Source of the DNA: a virus
Length of the DNA: 64,000 nt
Strand: one strand, 5' to 3'
IMG/VR virus record: IMGVR_UViG_3300027741_000027
Location: 72,022-136,021 of that record
Below the pieces are notes generated by a model that worked only from the letters and a program-made list of their open reading frames with translations, did no database searches and had not been told where the DNA came from. Both the position numbers and the translations under genes were made by a program. Of this stretch, positions 33,811 through 43,869 are shown one piece after another. How positions within the stretch are numbered: position 1 is the first letter of the stretch; each line of letters starts with the position of its first letter.

Positions 33811-34007
33811 ATATTATCTATGCGTTTTTGATGCGTGGCTAGTGCCATCTCTAGTTCTTGCTCATCACAAACGGGGCATAAAAACACAGGAAGGCCTTTA
33901 TTATTAAATACCTCGCTTTGAGTTACCTCTGTAGGAAGGCGTACAAGCTCGCGTGGATCACGCGCTTCACGCTTACGACTAGACTTACAACCATTACATG
34001 TTGGCAC
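33807..34007 (-). CDS. Small Zn-binding protein (66 aa)
   Basis: AGGAGG then GTG-PTCNGC...CPVCD; shorter than the ORF-track call. Confidence 0.6.
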   Translation of the reverse strand: MPTCNGCKSSRKREARDPRELVRLPTEVTQSEVFNNKGLPVFLCPVCDEQELEMALATHQKRIDNM

Positions 34008-34230
34008 GACTTGCCTCCTCACAGCCGACTCCACAAGTGAAGCCTTTACCAAACTTTCTAGCCGGTCTAAGACATTTCGTGCAGCGATTCTCACCATTAG
34101 TGCAGCGAGCATACTTAGAATAAGGCGCTGCATAAACTTTGCCCCCGCAGGGACAATCAACTTCGTTTTTAATTGGTTTATCATTATGAATAACCTTAGT
34201 GATTCTTTGTCCTCTACCGTCCTGACTCAT
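33994..34230 (-). CDS. Cys-rich Zn-ribbon protein
   Basis: CPCGG...C....RCTKC...CGVGC; start overlaps upstream gene end. Confidence 0.6.
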   Translation of the reverse strand: MSQDGRGQRITKVIHNDKPIKNEVDCPCGGKVYAAPYSKYARCTNGENRCTKCLRPARKFGKGFTCGVGCEEASRANM

Positions 34231-34735
34231 CTTCATCCTTATTTTCTTTTTGATTATACAATTCTTCTAATTGCTCTGCAACGTATTCATCAAAAATGCT
34301 GCTGGCAACACTAATAATTTCAGCCTCAATCATATTCATCTTTTCAATATCAAAATACTCACCGACAACGGAAACCTTATAATAATCTTTTTCGTCGTCA
34401 GTTTTCTTGTTGAGAGAAAACATCATAAAGGCTTCGCCGGATAAAGCTAGGTCTGTTGCTTTGCGAATTGCATCAATATATTCCTCTGCTGTGCTACCGC
34501 CGTCATGAAGAACTTCAAAGTGCGATTCAAAAACCCACTTGTCTCTTTCTCCAGCATAGTTTGGATGACCTTCGTCCCATGTAATAAAAATCATTGGGAA
34601 TCCATCGTCTACTTTGCGATCCTTTACCCAGCCGGTAGAACCTGCTGATACACCACGATAAAAATCGGTATCAGCAAACTCGCCCTTCAACTGAACATAG
34701 GAGTCGATTAAGATTTTATTTTTTGAATCAGACAT
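34214..34735 (-). CDS. Hypothetical protein with SH3-like N-terminus
   Basis: DSYVQLK...GSTGWVK.RK.DDGFPMIFITWD. Confidence 0.7.
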   Translation of the reverse strand: MSDSKNKILIDSYVQLKGEFADTDFYRGVSAGSTGWVKDRKVDDGFPMIFITWDEGHPNYAGERDKWVFESHFEVLHDGGSTAEEYIDAIRKATDLALSGEAFMMFSLNKKTDDEKDYYKVSVVGEYFDIEKMNMIEAEIISVASSIFDEYVAEQLEELYNQKENKDEDESGR

Positions 34736-34988
34736 CAGCAAACCTCTTAGCAACTTCAGAAATGCTATTGACTTCTTCTTTTTTAATTGACATAAATGCC
34801 TTAAGAGGGCCATCAATCCTACGAGTCATAACATAAAGAAATGTGCTAATCGACAATCCCTTTGTAACCTTAAAAGGCCAAAGTAATCCAGCAAAGGTCA
34901 TAAGGAATACGTCAATGTCTGTTTTAATAGCATTAGCCAATCCCTTAAAAACGCTCTTGGCAAAATCCTTAAAATTTACCTCATGCAT
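34728..34988 (-). CDS. Hypothetical protein (86 aa)
   Basis: Coupled ORF with hydrophobic centre. Confidence 0.6.
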   Translation of the reverse strand: MHEVNFKDFAKSVFKGLANAIKTDIDVFLMTFAGLLWPFKVTKGLSISTFLYVMTRRIDGPLKAFMSIKKEEVNSISEVAKRFADV

Positions 34989-35239
34989 CGGTAAACCTCA
35001 TCTCTAGCTTCTTCAATAAGCCTAGTCGCCTGCAAATTGTTGCTATGAATCAAAGCTTCATCTAGCTTGCGATAAATGCCTTCAAGGTCAAGGTCTGAAG
35101 TTGCAGCAATACGCTCTGCCCGCTCAATAACCTTGCCTAGATCTTCATCATCCTCAATTAGCTTTAGTTGACTAGCAATAGTCGCCGCCTGCTTAAACGC
35201 CGACTCTTTAACAAAATCTGTGCCTTCAAGTTTACTCAT
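34976..35239 (-). CDS. Helical hypothetical protein (87 aa)
   Basis: MSKLEGTD...; GAGGA RBS. Confidence 0.7.
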   Translation of the reverse strand: MSKLEGTDFVKESAFKQAATIASQLKLIEDDEDLGKVIERAERIAATSDLDLEGIYRKLDEALIHSNNLQATRLIEEARDEVYRCMR

Positions 35240-35480
35240 CTGTTTCCTCGTTTTCTTCATCTGCAATGATAGCAAGATTAATATAATTTTCAACCTTAGC
35301 AACCGCACCCTGTAGTGCCTTTGTCATAGGACTAGGTTGTGGGCGATTGTTAAGCTTACGATACTGCTCTGATAGGTCCATTGTCTCGTTCTGATAATAA
35401 GCTGACGACAGTGCCGCCCGCATAATCTCAAGATCAGAAAGAAGAACTGATACCTGTGGGATTTCATCTATTTTACTCAC
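35232..35480 (-). CDS. Hypothetical protein (82 aa)
   Basis: Coupled ORF. Confidence 0.7.
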   Translation of the reverse strand: MSKIDEIPQVSVLLSDLEIMRAALSSAYYQNETMDLSEQYRKLNNRPQPSPMTKALQGAVAKVENYINLAIIADEENEETDE

Positions 35481-36112
35481 GAACCTATTGCCTTCATAAC
35501 TTTGTCATTAATAATTTCATCAGCGATACGATTAAAACAATTTCTTACAGTTCCACGAAGCTCATCTCTAGTGCCATTGTTATCAATGACTAGATCCCAA
35601 TTGGCATCTAAATCTTGTTCAGAAGCATGACCTGTCTTATCGTCCCGTGTATTCCTGCGTACCTTCCAGATCTCGCCACCGGACTGAACTACGCGAGTAA
35701 TTTCATTTTGATAACGAACATCAGGGATCACAAGAACGTCAGCATTGCGAATAACACCACTAGCCATTAGCCTAGGAAAACTAGGATCTGGGATAACAGC
35801 ATCAACCCAAAAATCCTCACCGAACATATTCCTATGAGCCTCCGTTCCGTAATTCTGTAGGAACTGACGACCAGAAATCATACCAAAAGGCGACTTAACC
35901 TGACCTGACTCTTTGATCCTATCCATCTTTGCAATCAGTTTAGCATCATTATCATCTGGACCCCCAAGGCCCAAAGCCAAGGCAGCAGAAACCTTAAGGG
36001 CATCTGCAAAACCTTGACGTTGAAACTTAATCGTTGGGAATTCTTCTAAAAGAATTTGATAGATGGTGTCCTTACCACTACGCGATGAGCCATGAATACC
36101 AATAATCTTCAT
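35477..36112 (-). CDS. Deoxynucleoside monophosphate kinase
   Basis: IIGIHGSSRSGKDT, FADALK, R.FLQ.YGTE..R, IPDVRY.NE, HASE. Confidence 0.9.
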   Translation of the reverse strand: MKIIGIHGSSRSGKDTIYQILLEEFPTIKFQRQGFADALKVSAALALGLGGPDDNDAKLIAKMDRIKESGQVKSPFGMISGRQFLQNYGTEAHRNMFGEDFWVDAVIPDPSFPRLMASGVIRNADVLVIPDVRYQNEITRVVQSGGEIWKVRRNTRDDKTGHASEQDLDANWDLVIDNNGTRDELRGTVRNCFNRIADEIINDKVMKAIGS

Positions 36113-36336
36113 TATCGAACGGTATCCTCTACATCCGTAGGCTCAGAGGCATTATTAACATGCATGTAAAGATCAACGTGCATCTTTGCAACAAGCTCAA
36201 TAAGAGCCTTAAGATCCTCCATAGTCTTGTGCATCCTAGCATCAAGGCTACCAAGCATATCGCTTACATACTGCGGGTCAATTTCTGTAATCTCATCATT
36301 TGTTTTACTCATTGTTTGCTCCATACTTTTGTTCAA
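36112..36336 (-). CDS. Hypothetical helical protein
   Basis: Coupled ORF; start may be the MSKTND codon. Confidence 0.6.
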   Translation of the reverse strand: MNKSMEQTMSKTNDEITEIDPQYVSDMLGSLDARMHKTMEDLKALIELVAKMHVDLYMHVNNASEPTDVEDTVR

Positions 36337-36565
36337 TTAACTGATCTACGCGAGCCTGAGCAAGTTCCTGTAGATCGGCGTCAAGCTTTTGCTGCTTCTC
36401 TTTGCGAAGTGCAGCAACCTGCTCGGCAGTCCAATCCTCGGGAATTGACCACTTCTCTGACTGCGAAAAGTGATAATCCTCAGAATACTCAAACTTAATG
36501 ATTTGTACCTTACCGCCAACTGAAGAAGATACTGTAATCTCCAGCGGCGTGGCCTCGGCACTCAT
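36305..36565 (-). CDS. Hypothetical protein (86 aa)
   Basis: Coupled ORF. Confidence 0.7.
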   Translation of the reverse strand: MSAEATPLEITVSSSVGGKVQIIKFEYSEDYHFSQSEKWSIPEDWTAEQVAALRKEKQQKLDADLQELAQARVDQLIEQKYGANNE

Positions 36566-36734
36566 GCTCTTGTAACGCTTACAGCGTACTTTTCACGCTG
36601 CGCAATATACGTAATGCTGTCCGCAATCTCATTTGCGACAACATCCGAAATTGGAGCGCCTGACATATCATAAACCACGACGCAAACTGACTGCTTGCGT
36701 GTATGTGGATTGTCCTTCTTCTTTACTTTACTCA
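36562..36734 (-). CDS. Hypothetical protein (57 codons)
   Basis: MSKVKKKDNP...; overlaps upstream stop. Confidence 0.6.
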
Positions 36735-38008
36735 TAACGGGTATCTCCGTAATACAGCACACCATTAACATAGGTGGCTAGATCGATTTTAAATTTACCA
36801 TCTGGCCAAACTCGCGCAGTTGCGAAACCATTTAACCAGTCAGGAGCCACAGCGTAGCCAAGGCCTCCTTCAACACGACACATACAACCTGTTTCAACAC
36901 CAGTAATCGTTGAAGGTTTACCATCAATGTCATGCTTAGTCTTATAGACTAGGCTCTGACGATGAGTATGACCAACAACAGTACTATAACCAAGATGCTC
37001 AAGTGTTGCCAACGCAGATGCGCCAGAACCCTTACGAGCTACCCAACCATGCCTTGCAGCAAGATAAGGCGACACCTGATACTGAGCATGCTTCCAATCA
37101 CCATCAGGGCGAATGAACTCAATACCAAGCTCATCAAGACGCAGCAAATGCTCTACATCAAGAAGAGGATTTTCGGGAATTTCATTACGGCCAACGCCAC
37201 GGCGAATACCATAAAAATCCCTAAGGTTATCAATGACAGCCCTACGAAGGCGATAGTCATGATTACCTTCAAGTTTAACCCAATTAGTAGACTCGCTGCT
37301 TTCTACATAATCACGAAGAATCTGATAACCGATATCGATGCATTCCTGAACACTTGAATCTTGCTCAGGGGTATCAGGGTGACGGCTAATCGTAGGTAGA
37401 TCAATCGTATCACCAATTAGAACGCCACGACTAGGCTGATAATCAGCAAGCCACTGACAGAACTTCTCATGAAGGTCTTGATCATGGAAAGGAGCCTGCT
37501 GGTCACCAACAAAGACGACAAGCTCGGGCTTACCCTCACCCTTTTTAAATAGACCCTTAGACTTCTTGATCTGAGGCCTCTTGTAGTCGCTAGGAATACG
37601 AGCAGGGATAATTGCATCAAACGGTTCAATGCGAGTAAGCGTAATCCTAGCCTGCTTTGTTACGCCATCAGCGGTTTCCCTAATCGTAAAAGTGGGCTTC
37701 TCAATCTGCCATTCATTAGGATCAAGATTATGACTGGCAACTAATTCTTCAATGTCGTAAGTGTCATTGTAAACACTAGTTACAATGATTGCGCGATCTT
37801 GATCAACCTTAGTATAAGGCTGCTCAAAGCCAGAATCGGGTTTAATAACACCCCAACGCTTAATTGCCCTACGGACACTAGCCTCAGAAGTTTTAATTCC
37901 TAATTCTTTTTTAATTTTACGAGCAAGCTGAGTATTGCTAAGACCTTCTAAGGTCCACGCTTTAATCTTCGCTTGATGTGGATCCAGCGGACTGTTCTTT
38001 TGATTCAT
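36728..38008 (-). CDS. Metallophosphoesterase with N-terminal HTH
   Basis: GDQQAPFHD, GD..D, GNHD, HG, GHTHR; N-terminal GLSNTQLARKI...SEASVRRAI. Confidence 0.9.
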   Translation of the reverse strand: MNQKNSPLDPHQAKIKAWTLEGLSNTQLARKIKKELGIKTSEASVRRAIKRWGVIKPDSGFEQPYTKVDQDRAIIVTSVYNDTYDIEELVASHNLDPNEWQIEKPTFTIRETADGVTKQARITLTRIEPFDAIIPARIPSDYKRPQIKKSKGLFKKGEGKPELVVFVGDQQAPFHDQDLHEKFCQWLADYQPSRGVLIGDTIDLPTISRHPDTPEQDSSVQECIDIGYQILRDYVESSESTNWVKLEGNHDYRLRRAVIDNLRDFYGIRRGVGRNEIPENPLLDVEHLLRLDELGIEFIRPDGDWKHAQYQVSPYLAARHGWVARKGSGASALATLEHLGYSTVVGHTHRQSLVYKTKHDIDGKPSTITGVETGCMCRVEGGLGYAVAPDWLNGFATARVWPDGKFKIDLATYVNGVLYYGDTRYE

Positions 38009-40235
38009 CCTCTAATTCCTCTGTTACAAAACTGTAACTTTTCTTGTTTTTTGCCTTAGGTAGAGCATGAACAGTTTCAGTCTCATTTTCTATCCTAGAC
38101 CTTGTAGGTGCAAGTTTAGCATGTTCATCATCAATATTCAAATCACTTGCAGATTTTGTTGCAGTTGAAGCTGGCTTGGGCATACCGGGTCTACGCTCAA
38201 AACTTGCAGGAGGAGCAAACCCATTGCCAATGTTAGAATCGTTGCCAGCGACTGGAGGTGGGCCACCACCGGGTACACCAGCAGGACCGCCACCAGTTGG
38301 GCCAAGACCTTCAGGCATACCGGGCATTACAATACCGCCACCGGCTCCACCGGGAAGTCCACCAGCAGGGCCACCGGGCATGCCGCCGGGACCGCCTGCA
38401 CCAGCAGGGCCACCCTCTGCGCCACCGGGCGCAGGTTGCTGTGGTGCTGCCTCGCCCATAACGGTGCGAACCTCTGCATCAAGATCGGGCGGAATTGGAA
38501 GGTTGGCTCTATCAAGAGCCTTCCAAGTCTCAACCTTAGCCTGCTGCTGATTAATAGTCTTATACATAAGCTCTTCGTTGTATTCATCAACAAGCTCACG
38601 AATATCATACTTAACGCCAATCATAAGTTTTTGATCGGGGATTGGCAGACCCATTGCGCGAAGGCTCTGGAAGAACTGACGCTGCGTTGCTTCATCACGA
38701 AGGTCAAGGGTCTGGAACTCAAGATCAGGAATAAGAAGTTTATGCTTAGTGACAATGTGCTTATTGCCATCTTCATCATATTCAACAACTTCTTCCATAA
38801 CTGGTACACGATGAAGGCCGCGCTTTTCGTATTCCCAATGCTCCTGTGCCTCAGCAACAACATAAGCGCGATCCATGTAATGCTTCTTAAGATAACCTTG
38901 GAAGGTACGAAGGATCTGATTAAGGAATTCTGCCTGTAATGCAGATGATGCATAGGGCTGTGAAGATGAGCCAGCAGAAAGCAATGATGGGTTGACACCA
39001 AAGATCTGCATGATACGACGCTCAATACGGTCAAAGTCATCACCAAGGCGCGGCATCTGCTCACGACCAAATACATTTTCTACCTCAAGGCCAAAGTGAT
39101 GAACAAGAAGGCGGAAATCAGATGACAGGGCAATATCCATATCATCACGGAAAGCATCAAGCTCATCTGGGCCGGGGACCCAAGGACCTTGACCATCGCC
39201 AAGTTCCATAATGCCAAGGCGGGCAAGAATCAGAGGCGAGTAAAGGCGCTCTGCAATTGCGTCCTGTGATGCAAGAAGCTTCTCTTCATGAATAAGAGTA
39301 CGAAGGCCACGAAGTAGAATTGGGGTACCGTGATCATCCCAATCAGTAAGAGTGTTAGCAACCTGTTTAAGAAGCACATCAGAAATTGGAATATGCTCAT
39401 TGCGCCTAAGGTAAGGAATAAGCTCGGGATAATTCATTTCAAGCTGTGCAAACTCCTTAGCAGGAGATTTAGTCTGTGCAAGCTTCTTAAGATAATCAGG
39501 TGGGACAATCTTCATCTGGCGAGAACCAAGAAGAGGGAAGTTTTCAATAACAACATCTTCTGGGTTTAGAAGTTCTTCGCGCTCCCAAATGCCTAGATCT
39601 TCATCAAAAGAGCCAAGGGGGAATGCTTCACCAACTGTCCAATACTCACGGCCAAGCGATACCAAAAACTCAGGATAATCAAGCTGATCAAGGAATAGAT
39701 CCTCATAAAATCTTTGAAGTTTCTTATCTTTTGAATCAAGCTCCATGCCAACAAGCGGGAAACGAGTAAAGATGTCAATAAGGATAGGAACTAGATAATG
39801 AGTTGCATAAAAGAGGCGAAGCCACTTGTGGAGCTTGTGCCTATGACCTTCGTCTGCAATATTCCATGGAAGACCATTTAGATCCCAAAATTCAAGCGGA
39901 TCATAGAAACGAGGGATGGCAGAATAAACGTCTCCGCCGCCACCAGATGATGCAACACGGCGACCAAGGCGGCGGCTATCGCCCATTGCCCTCATAAGCT
40001 CATTATTTTGCTCAATTTCAGAAACAGTTTGAGATACTTGAGTTTTACCTACACGACCGCGAGTTTGACCATAAGCTTGATCACCAATAGCAGCTTTAAG
40101 CGGGCCGCCTGTAGCAGTAGCCATTTCATGCATTGTGGCTGCTGCGAGTTTAGCGCGAGCAGGGTTCTTTGGAAGAGCCACGCCGCGTTTCTTGAGATTT
40201 TCTACCTGCGCATTTAACTTGTCTGTATTATCCAT
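37962..40235 (-). CDS. Portal protein with Gly/Pro-rich C-terminal tail
   Basis: 757 aa; IDIFTRFPLVG, EYW.VGEAFP, GTPILLRG.R.L, P.I...LG, I...FGVN..LL motifs; downstream of terminase. Confidence 0.85.
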   Translation of the reverse strand: MDNTDKLNAQVENLKKRGVALPKNPARAKLAAATMHEMATATGGPLKAAIGDQAYGQTRGRVGKTQVSQTVSEIEQNNELMRAMGDSRRLGRRVASSGGGGDVYSAIPRFYDPLEFWDLNGLPWNIADEGHRHKLHKWLRLFYATHYLVPILIDIFTRFPLVGMELDSKDKKLQRFYEDLFLDQLDYPEFLVSLGREYWTVGEAFPLGSFDEDLGIWEREELLNPEDVVIENFPLLGSRQMKIVPPDYLKKLAQTKSPAKEFAQLEMNYPELIPYLRRNEHIPISDVLLKQVANTLTDWDDHGTPILLRGLRTLIHEEKLLASQDAIAERLYSPLILARLGIMELGDGQGPWVPGPDELDAFRDDMDIALSSDFRLLVHHFGLEVENVFGREQMPRLGDDFDRIERRIMQIFGVNPSLLSAGSSSQPYASSALQAEFLNQILRTFQGYLKKHYMDRAYVVAEAQEHWEYEKRGLHRVPVMEEVVEYDEDGNKHIVTKHKLLIPDLEFQTLDLRDEATQRQFFQSLRAMGLPIPDQKLMIGVKYDIRELVDEYNEELMYKTINQQQAKVETWKALDRANLPIPPDLDAEVRTVMGEAAPQQPAPGGAEGGPAGAGGPGGMPGGPAGGLPGGAGGGIVMPGMPEGLGPTGGGPAGVPGGGPPPVAGNDSNIGNGFAPPASFERRPGMPKPASTATKSASDLNIDDEHAKLAPTRSRIENETETVHALPKAKNKKSYSFVTEELEDESKEQSAGSTSSED

Positions 40236-40245
40236 ACTATTTAAG
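40236..40245 (-). promoter_or_regulatory. Candidate late promoter directly before portal ATG
   Basis: CTTAAATAGT-ATG. Confidence 0.45.
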
Positions 40246-40304
40246 GGCTTGTTGTGACCCTTCTTCCTGTTCTACACAATAGCAGGTTTAATATTAAATT
40301 GCAA

Positions 40305-41123
40305 TTACTCTACTGATTCGGTGTGCGTATCTTCTTTACCGAACGGTTCGTTGCTAACAAGGTAACGAACGCGAGTACGACCGGCGCTCATAAACCCATG
40401 ATTGCATTTGCCCTCGGGATGGGTTTCGCAACCTTTAGGACAATCAGTTTGCTTAAGAAGCTCTTTAGCTTCGTCTTCATTGCCGCCTGCAAGAGCTTCA
40501 AATACAGCTTGAGCGGCATGAGGTGAAGGCTTATCGCCTTGAGACGAAGTTTTATCTGGCCCATGACCAACAGCGCTAGGGGCAGTTTCAAGAACTTCAC
40601 CGATGGGTTTATTGCCGGGTGTAGTACCCGGAGCATCAGCTAAAGGGACGGGATTAGCAAAAGGTTGAGAATTTAAATCACTTGATTTTTTGCTATGCTT
40701 ATCGCATTTTTCGCATGAACCCGGAGCGCAAGGTTTAGTACCGGGAACACGCTTATAGCCTTCCCAACACTCGCATTTATTTTTGCTTTGGTATTTATTA
40801 CCATTGTAACGATCATAAATATCTTGTAAACAATTTTCGCAACCTCTACCCTGACAATTGGCGCAAGAGCTAAACTCGCACTGCTCGCAACCAGCGCCTT
40901 GACAATAAGGACAATTAGGATCGCCCGGTGGTGGGGGTGGCGCTGCTGCCGCAGGTCCCGAATCGCGTTTAGGATGAGGGCGAAAATGCTGATCCTCAGG
41001 AGTGTAAGGATCAAGATCGGCTCGCCCAACCTCTAAATCAGCCCTTTTAAGAAGAAAGGGAAGGCCCTCATGGCGAGCAATAGCCTTTTCAATATCGTAA
41101 TTATCATCAGCAAAATGCTGCAT
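40305..41123 (-). CDS. Cys-rich modular head-associated protein
   Basis: Two CxxCxGxGCxxC mini-fingers, CWEGYKRVPG...GSC motif, CPKGC..HPEG.C.HG motif. Confidence 0.75.
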   Translation of the reverse strand: MQHFADDNYDIEKAIARHEGLPFLLKRADLEVGRADLDPYTPEDQHFRPHPKRDSGPAAAAPPPPPGDPNCPYCQGAGCEQCEFSSCANCQGRGCENCLQDIYDRYNGNKYQSKNKCECWEGYKRVPGTKPCAPGSCEKCDKHSKKSSDLNSQPFANPVPLADAPGTTPGNKPIGEVLETAPSAVGHGPDKTSSQGDKPSPHAAQAVFEALAGGNEDEAKELLKQTDCPKGCETHPEGKCNHGFMSAGRTRVRYLVSNEPFGKEDTHTESVE

Positions 41124-41168
41124 AATTATTTACCTTTAATGCAAATGCAATCTCCGCCGCAAGGACAA

Positions 41169-43859
41169 TTACTTCCACTCATCTGGATCTTCCTCTTCTC
41201 CGCGCTCAAAGCGCTCAAGCTGTTCATCAGTTGGCCCATCAAGCTCATCAAATGAGTCAGGCTCGTCTGATTCTTCTTCATCATGCTCATGAACAACTTC
41301 AACCCTATCGCCTTCGTCATCGCCGCGCTCAATGATTTCTTCCATATCTTCTTCTGGGGCAATTTCAGGCTCTGTGGCTTCGGCATCTAATTCATCGCCG
41401 CCATCTTCCCTAAACATTCTAATGTATTCCTGAGCGGCGTCAGGATCGCCCTGAGCTACGCCTCGTTCAATCTCGGCTGGAATATCGGGTTGAGGGTAGT
41501 TATTTGGATCAAACTCATGTAATGAAAAAGCTAATTCCTGAGCCTGCTGAAGCAAACCGCTTCTTACAAGCTGACGAATAGCCTGCATATTTCCGCCCTC
41601 TGCCTGATCAAGAGCCTTTGCAATGTCTGGATACTCATTAGCAAGAGCATCAAGAATCATGCGGCCCGGACGACCCGGATCCCACATTGCAGATTGCTTT
41701 TCAGCAAGCGCCTGTGGAAGTGAAACGTTAGTTACAGGATTAGCTTGGTTTTTATTAGGAAAAGTTTCTGCTGCCTTAGTTTCTTCTTGAATGTTTCTAG
41801 TTGCTTCAAATCCCGCCGAATCATGATCGCGCTTATTGGGTAACGTTTGACGTTCCCAAACATCATTATCGTACTTTTTTACAGTATCAAATGTATCCTC
41901 TTGATAATCAGGCTTATCTTTAATATCCATGTGACGAGTAGGATGAGGAGAATTGTCGCCCTCTGTCTTAATTGGCTTTAGATTACCATCTGGATTAGTA
42001 GCATTAGGCTTCCACTTCTTCTTGTCTATTTTAGGAGAAGGACCGCCTAAAGCTGATTCATCGCCTTTTGGGAGGGATTCGCGACCCTCCGTGGAGTCGC
42101 CGGTTTCAGGTTTAGCAGCAGTTACGCTAGAGAAAGTTTTAACCTTCATTGCGCCGGGAGCAACATCCTTAGCATTTTTATTTCCTTCAAATGCGGCTTG
42201 AGTCTGAGCGCCAAATGTACCGTCAGCGCGAAGTCCACGATCCTGCTGAAACTGCTGAAGAGCGGCCTGAGTTTGATTGCCAAAAGTACCGTCAGCACCT
42301 TCCTTACCAAGATCATAACCCGAATGAAGAAGGTGAGTCTGAATATTCTTAACCTGATTTCCAGCATCGCCTACGCCATAAGTGCCTTGCTCAGGAGTGA
42401 ATGTAAAACCGGTTCCCTTAGCAGGTGAAGCAGGTGATGTTTGACCCTGAGCGGCTGGAGCCTGACCCTGAGCGGCTGGAGCCTGACCCTGTTGAGCAAG
42501 CAATTTAGTATTAATATCAAAAGTACCGTTAACGTTAGGAACAACAGCTTTCTGCACCAGTTCAGGATTCGACCAATCTAAGTTATCGTAAGTACCGGGT
42601 TTTGCCTGTGCAAGCTGATTAAAAAGAGCATATGGTTGATTAATTAATCCTGCATAATTTTCTGGCTTTCTAAGATCTGCAAATCCGGGATTTTCTATTA
42701 AAGCGTCGTGAACACCAGAATCTCCAGTTGCATAAGAACCAAGAACATCACTATAATCGTTTAAATCTAATCCGCCGCCATAAGTTCTTGTTTCAGGATC
42801 GTAAACATCGTATGGACTGCGATTTGATTCCCAATCGCCTTCATAAGACATTTTGCGAGCGGCTTCTTTAAGATAAAGAGCGCGAGCCATTGCAGGAGTA
42901 ATAGAAGAACTCTTTTCAAGATTTTCAAGATTGTTAAGCTCTTTAGCGCGAGCCTGAGCCTTTTCTTTAGAATCAAATGGGCCAGCAGCCTTTTCGTCGC
43001 CATCTTCAATTACAAAAAATTTGTCGCCCTTCTTCTCTACTTTATGAGCAGCGGCTTCCTTATTGCGAAGGTTTCCGCCGTCTTCTTGATCCTCATCCTG
43101 AATCTGCTTTTTAAGCCATGGTGAAACCTGCGAATGCTCATCAGCAAGTTGAACCTCATCCTGTGCTTTAAGGTGCTCGGGACGATCCTTAGAAGCAGTT
43201 CTAAAATGCTGATTGAACCACTGCTCAATAGCTTTCATTACAGAATCAACATCATAAGATGTTACATTGGCTAAAATTGTATCTTTGTCCTGATCAATGT
43301 GATATTTGGCAGTTTCATAAGCCTCAGAAGGAATCTGCTCTGCTGGAGTGCCGGGAGCAACTTCTTCAGGATGCATACGAACAAACTTAGTTGTGGCTTC
43401 GTCCCAAATAGGGTCATTAGAAGTTTTCTTTGATGATGTATAATCCCAATCATCACCAATATAAGGCATTTCGTATTTATCAATAAATGGACCGTCATCC
43501 TCTGGATAATCATCTGAGTCGTCATCGCACTGCTCGCAACCATGACCGCCACAATTTTCGCACATTGGAGCTTCATCAGCAGGAGGCGTAGGACCAAATG
43601 CAGCCCTTACAGTTGCGCTGACTGCCTTGGCAATCTTCTCAGCGTCTCCGCCATACTCATTAGCTACATCGGCAGCCATATTAGCAATGTCCTGCTCTAC
43701 AAGAGCAAGGCGGCCATTAAATTCTTTCTCAGATGAAGCCTGACGAAGGAAACTCGCAAAGGTATCATTAAAACGCTTATTAGCAACTGCTACAGCCTGA
43801 CGAGTAGCGACTTTATCGCCTTCGTCAAACATCTCAATATGTTCAAATAGTCCGCTCAT
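41169..43859 (-). CDS. Large acidic modular protein (putative prohead core/internal protein) with peptidoglycan-binding domain
   Basis: 896 aa; GD.GNQVKNIQTHL..SGYDLG..GADG.FG..TQAA...FQ...GL.ADG..G PG-binding motif; CxxCxGxGCxxC; between terminase and portal. Confidence 0.75.
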   Translation of the reverse strand: MSGLFEHIEMFDEGDKVATRQAVAVANKRFNDTFASFLRQASSEKEFNGRLALVEQDIANMAADVANEYGGDAEKIAKAVSATVRAAFGPTPPADEAPMCENCGGHGCEQCDDDSDDYPEDDGPFIDKYEMPYIGDDWDYTSSKKTSNDPIWDEATTKFVRMHPEEVAPGTPAEQIPSEAYETAKYHIDQDKDTILANVTSYDVDSVMKAIEQWFNQHFRTASKDRPEHLKAQDEVQLADEHSQVSPWLKKQIQDEDQEDGGNLRNKEAAAHKVEKKGDKFFVIEDGDEKAAGPFDSKEKAQARAKELNNLENLEKSSSITPAMARALYLKEAARKMSYEGDWESNRSPYDVYDPETRTYGGGLDLNDYSDVLGSYATGDSGVHDALIENPGFADLRKPENYAGLINQPYALFNQLAQAKPGTYDNLDWSNPELVQKAVVPNVNGTFDINTKLLAQQGQAPAAQGQAPAAQGQTSPASPAKGTGFTFTPEQGTYGVGDAGNQVKNIQTHLLHSGYDLGKEGADGTFGNQTQAALQQFQQDRGLRADGTFGAQTQAAFEGNKNAKDVAPGAMKVKTFSSVTAAKPETGDSTEGRESLPKGDESALGGPSPKIDKKKWKPNATNPDGNLKPIKTEGDNSPHPTRHMDIKDKPDYQEDTFDTVKKYDNDVWERQTLPNKRDHDSAGFEATRNIQEETKAAETFPNKNQANPVTNVSLPQALAEKQSAMWDPGRPGRMILDALANEYPDIAKALDQAEGGNMQAIRQLVRSGLLQQAQELAFSLHEFDPNNYPQPDIPAEIERGVAQGDPDAAQEYIRMFREDGGDELDAEATEPEIAPEEDMEEIIERGDDEGDRVEVVHEHDEEESDEPDSFDELDGPTDEQLERFERGEEEDPDEWK
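42441..42491 (+). repeat. 21-bp coding tandem repeat (QGQAPAA)
   Basis: GACCCTGAGCGGCTGGAGCCT repeated about 2.4 times. Confidence 0.85.
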
Positions 43860-43869
43860 TATATTTAAA
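43860..43869 (-). promoter_or_regulatory. Candidate late promoter TTTAAATATA directly before ATG
   Basis: TAAATA + 2 nt + ATG, same geometry as for the portal gene. Confidence 0.4.

Noticed and set aside
33807-34184. 125-aa ORF as called in the track
   Set aside because: The 5' part overlaps a better Cys-rich gene (33994..34230); an AGGAGG-GTG start at 34007 explains the remainder
38176-38550. Pro/Gly-rich + strand ORF
   Set aside because: Antisense shadow of the portal low-complexity tail
42441-42491. Direct repeats as a CRISPR array
   Set aside because: Contiguous 21-bp in-frame repeats without spacers, encoding QGQAPAA; no CRISPR array or cas gene seen anywhere in the window
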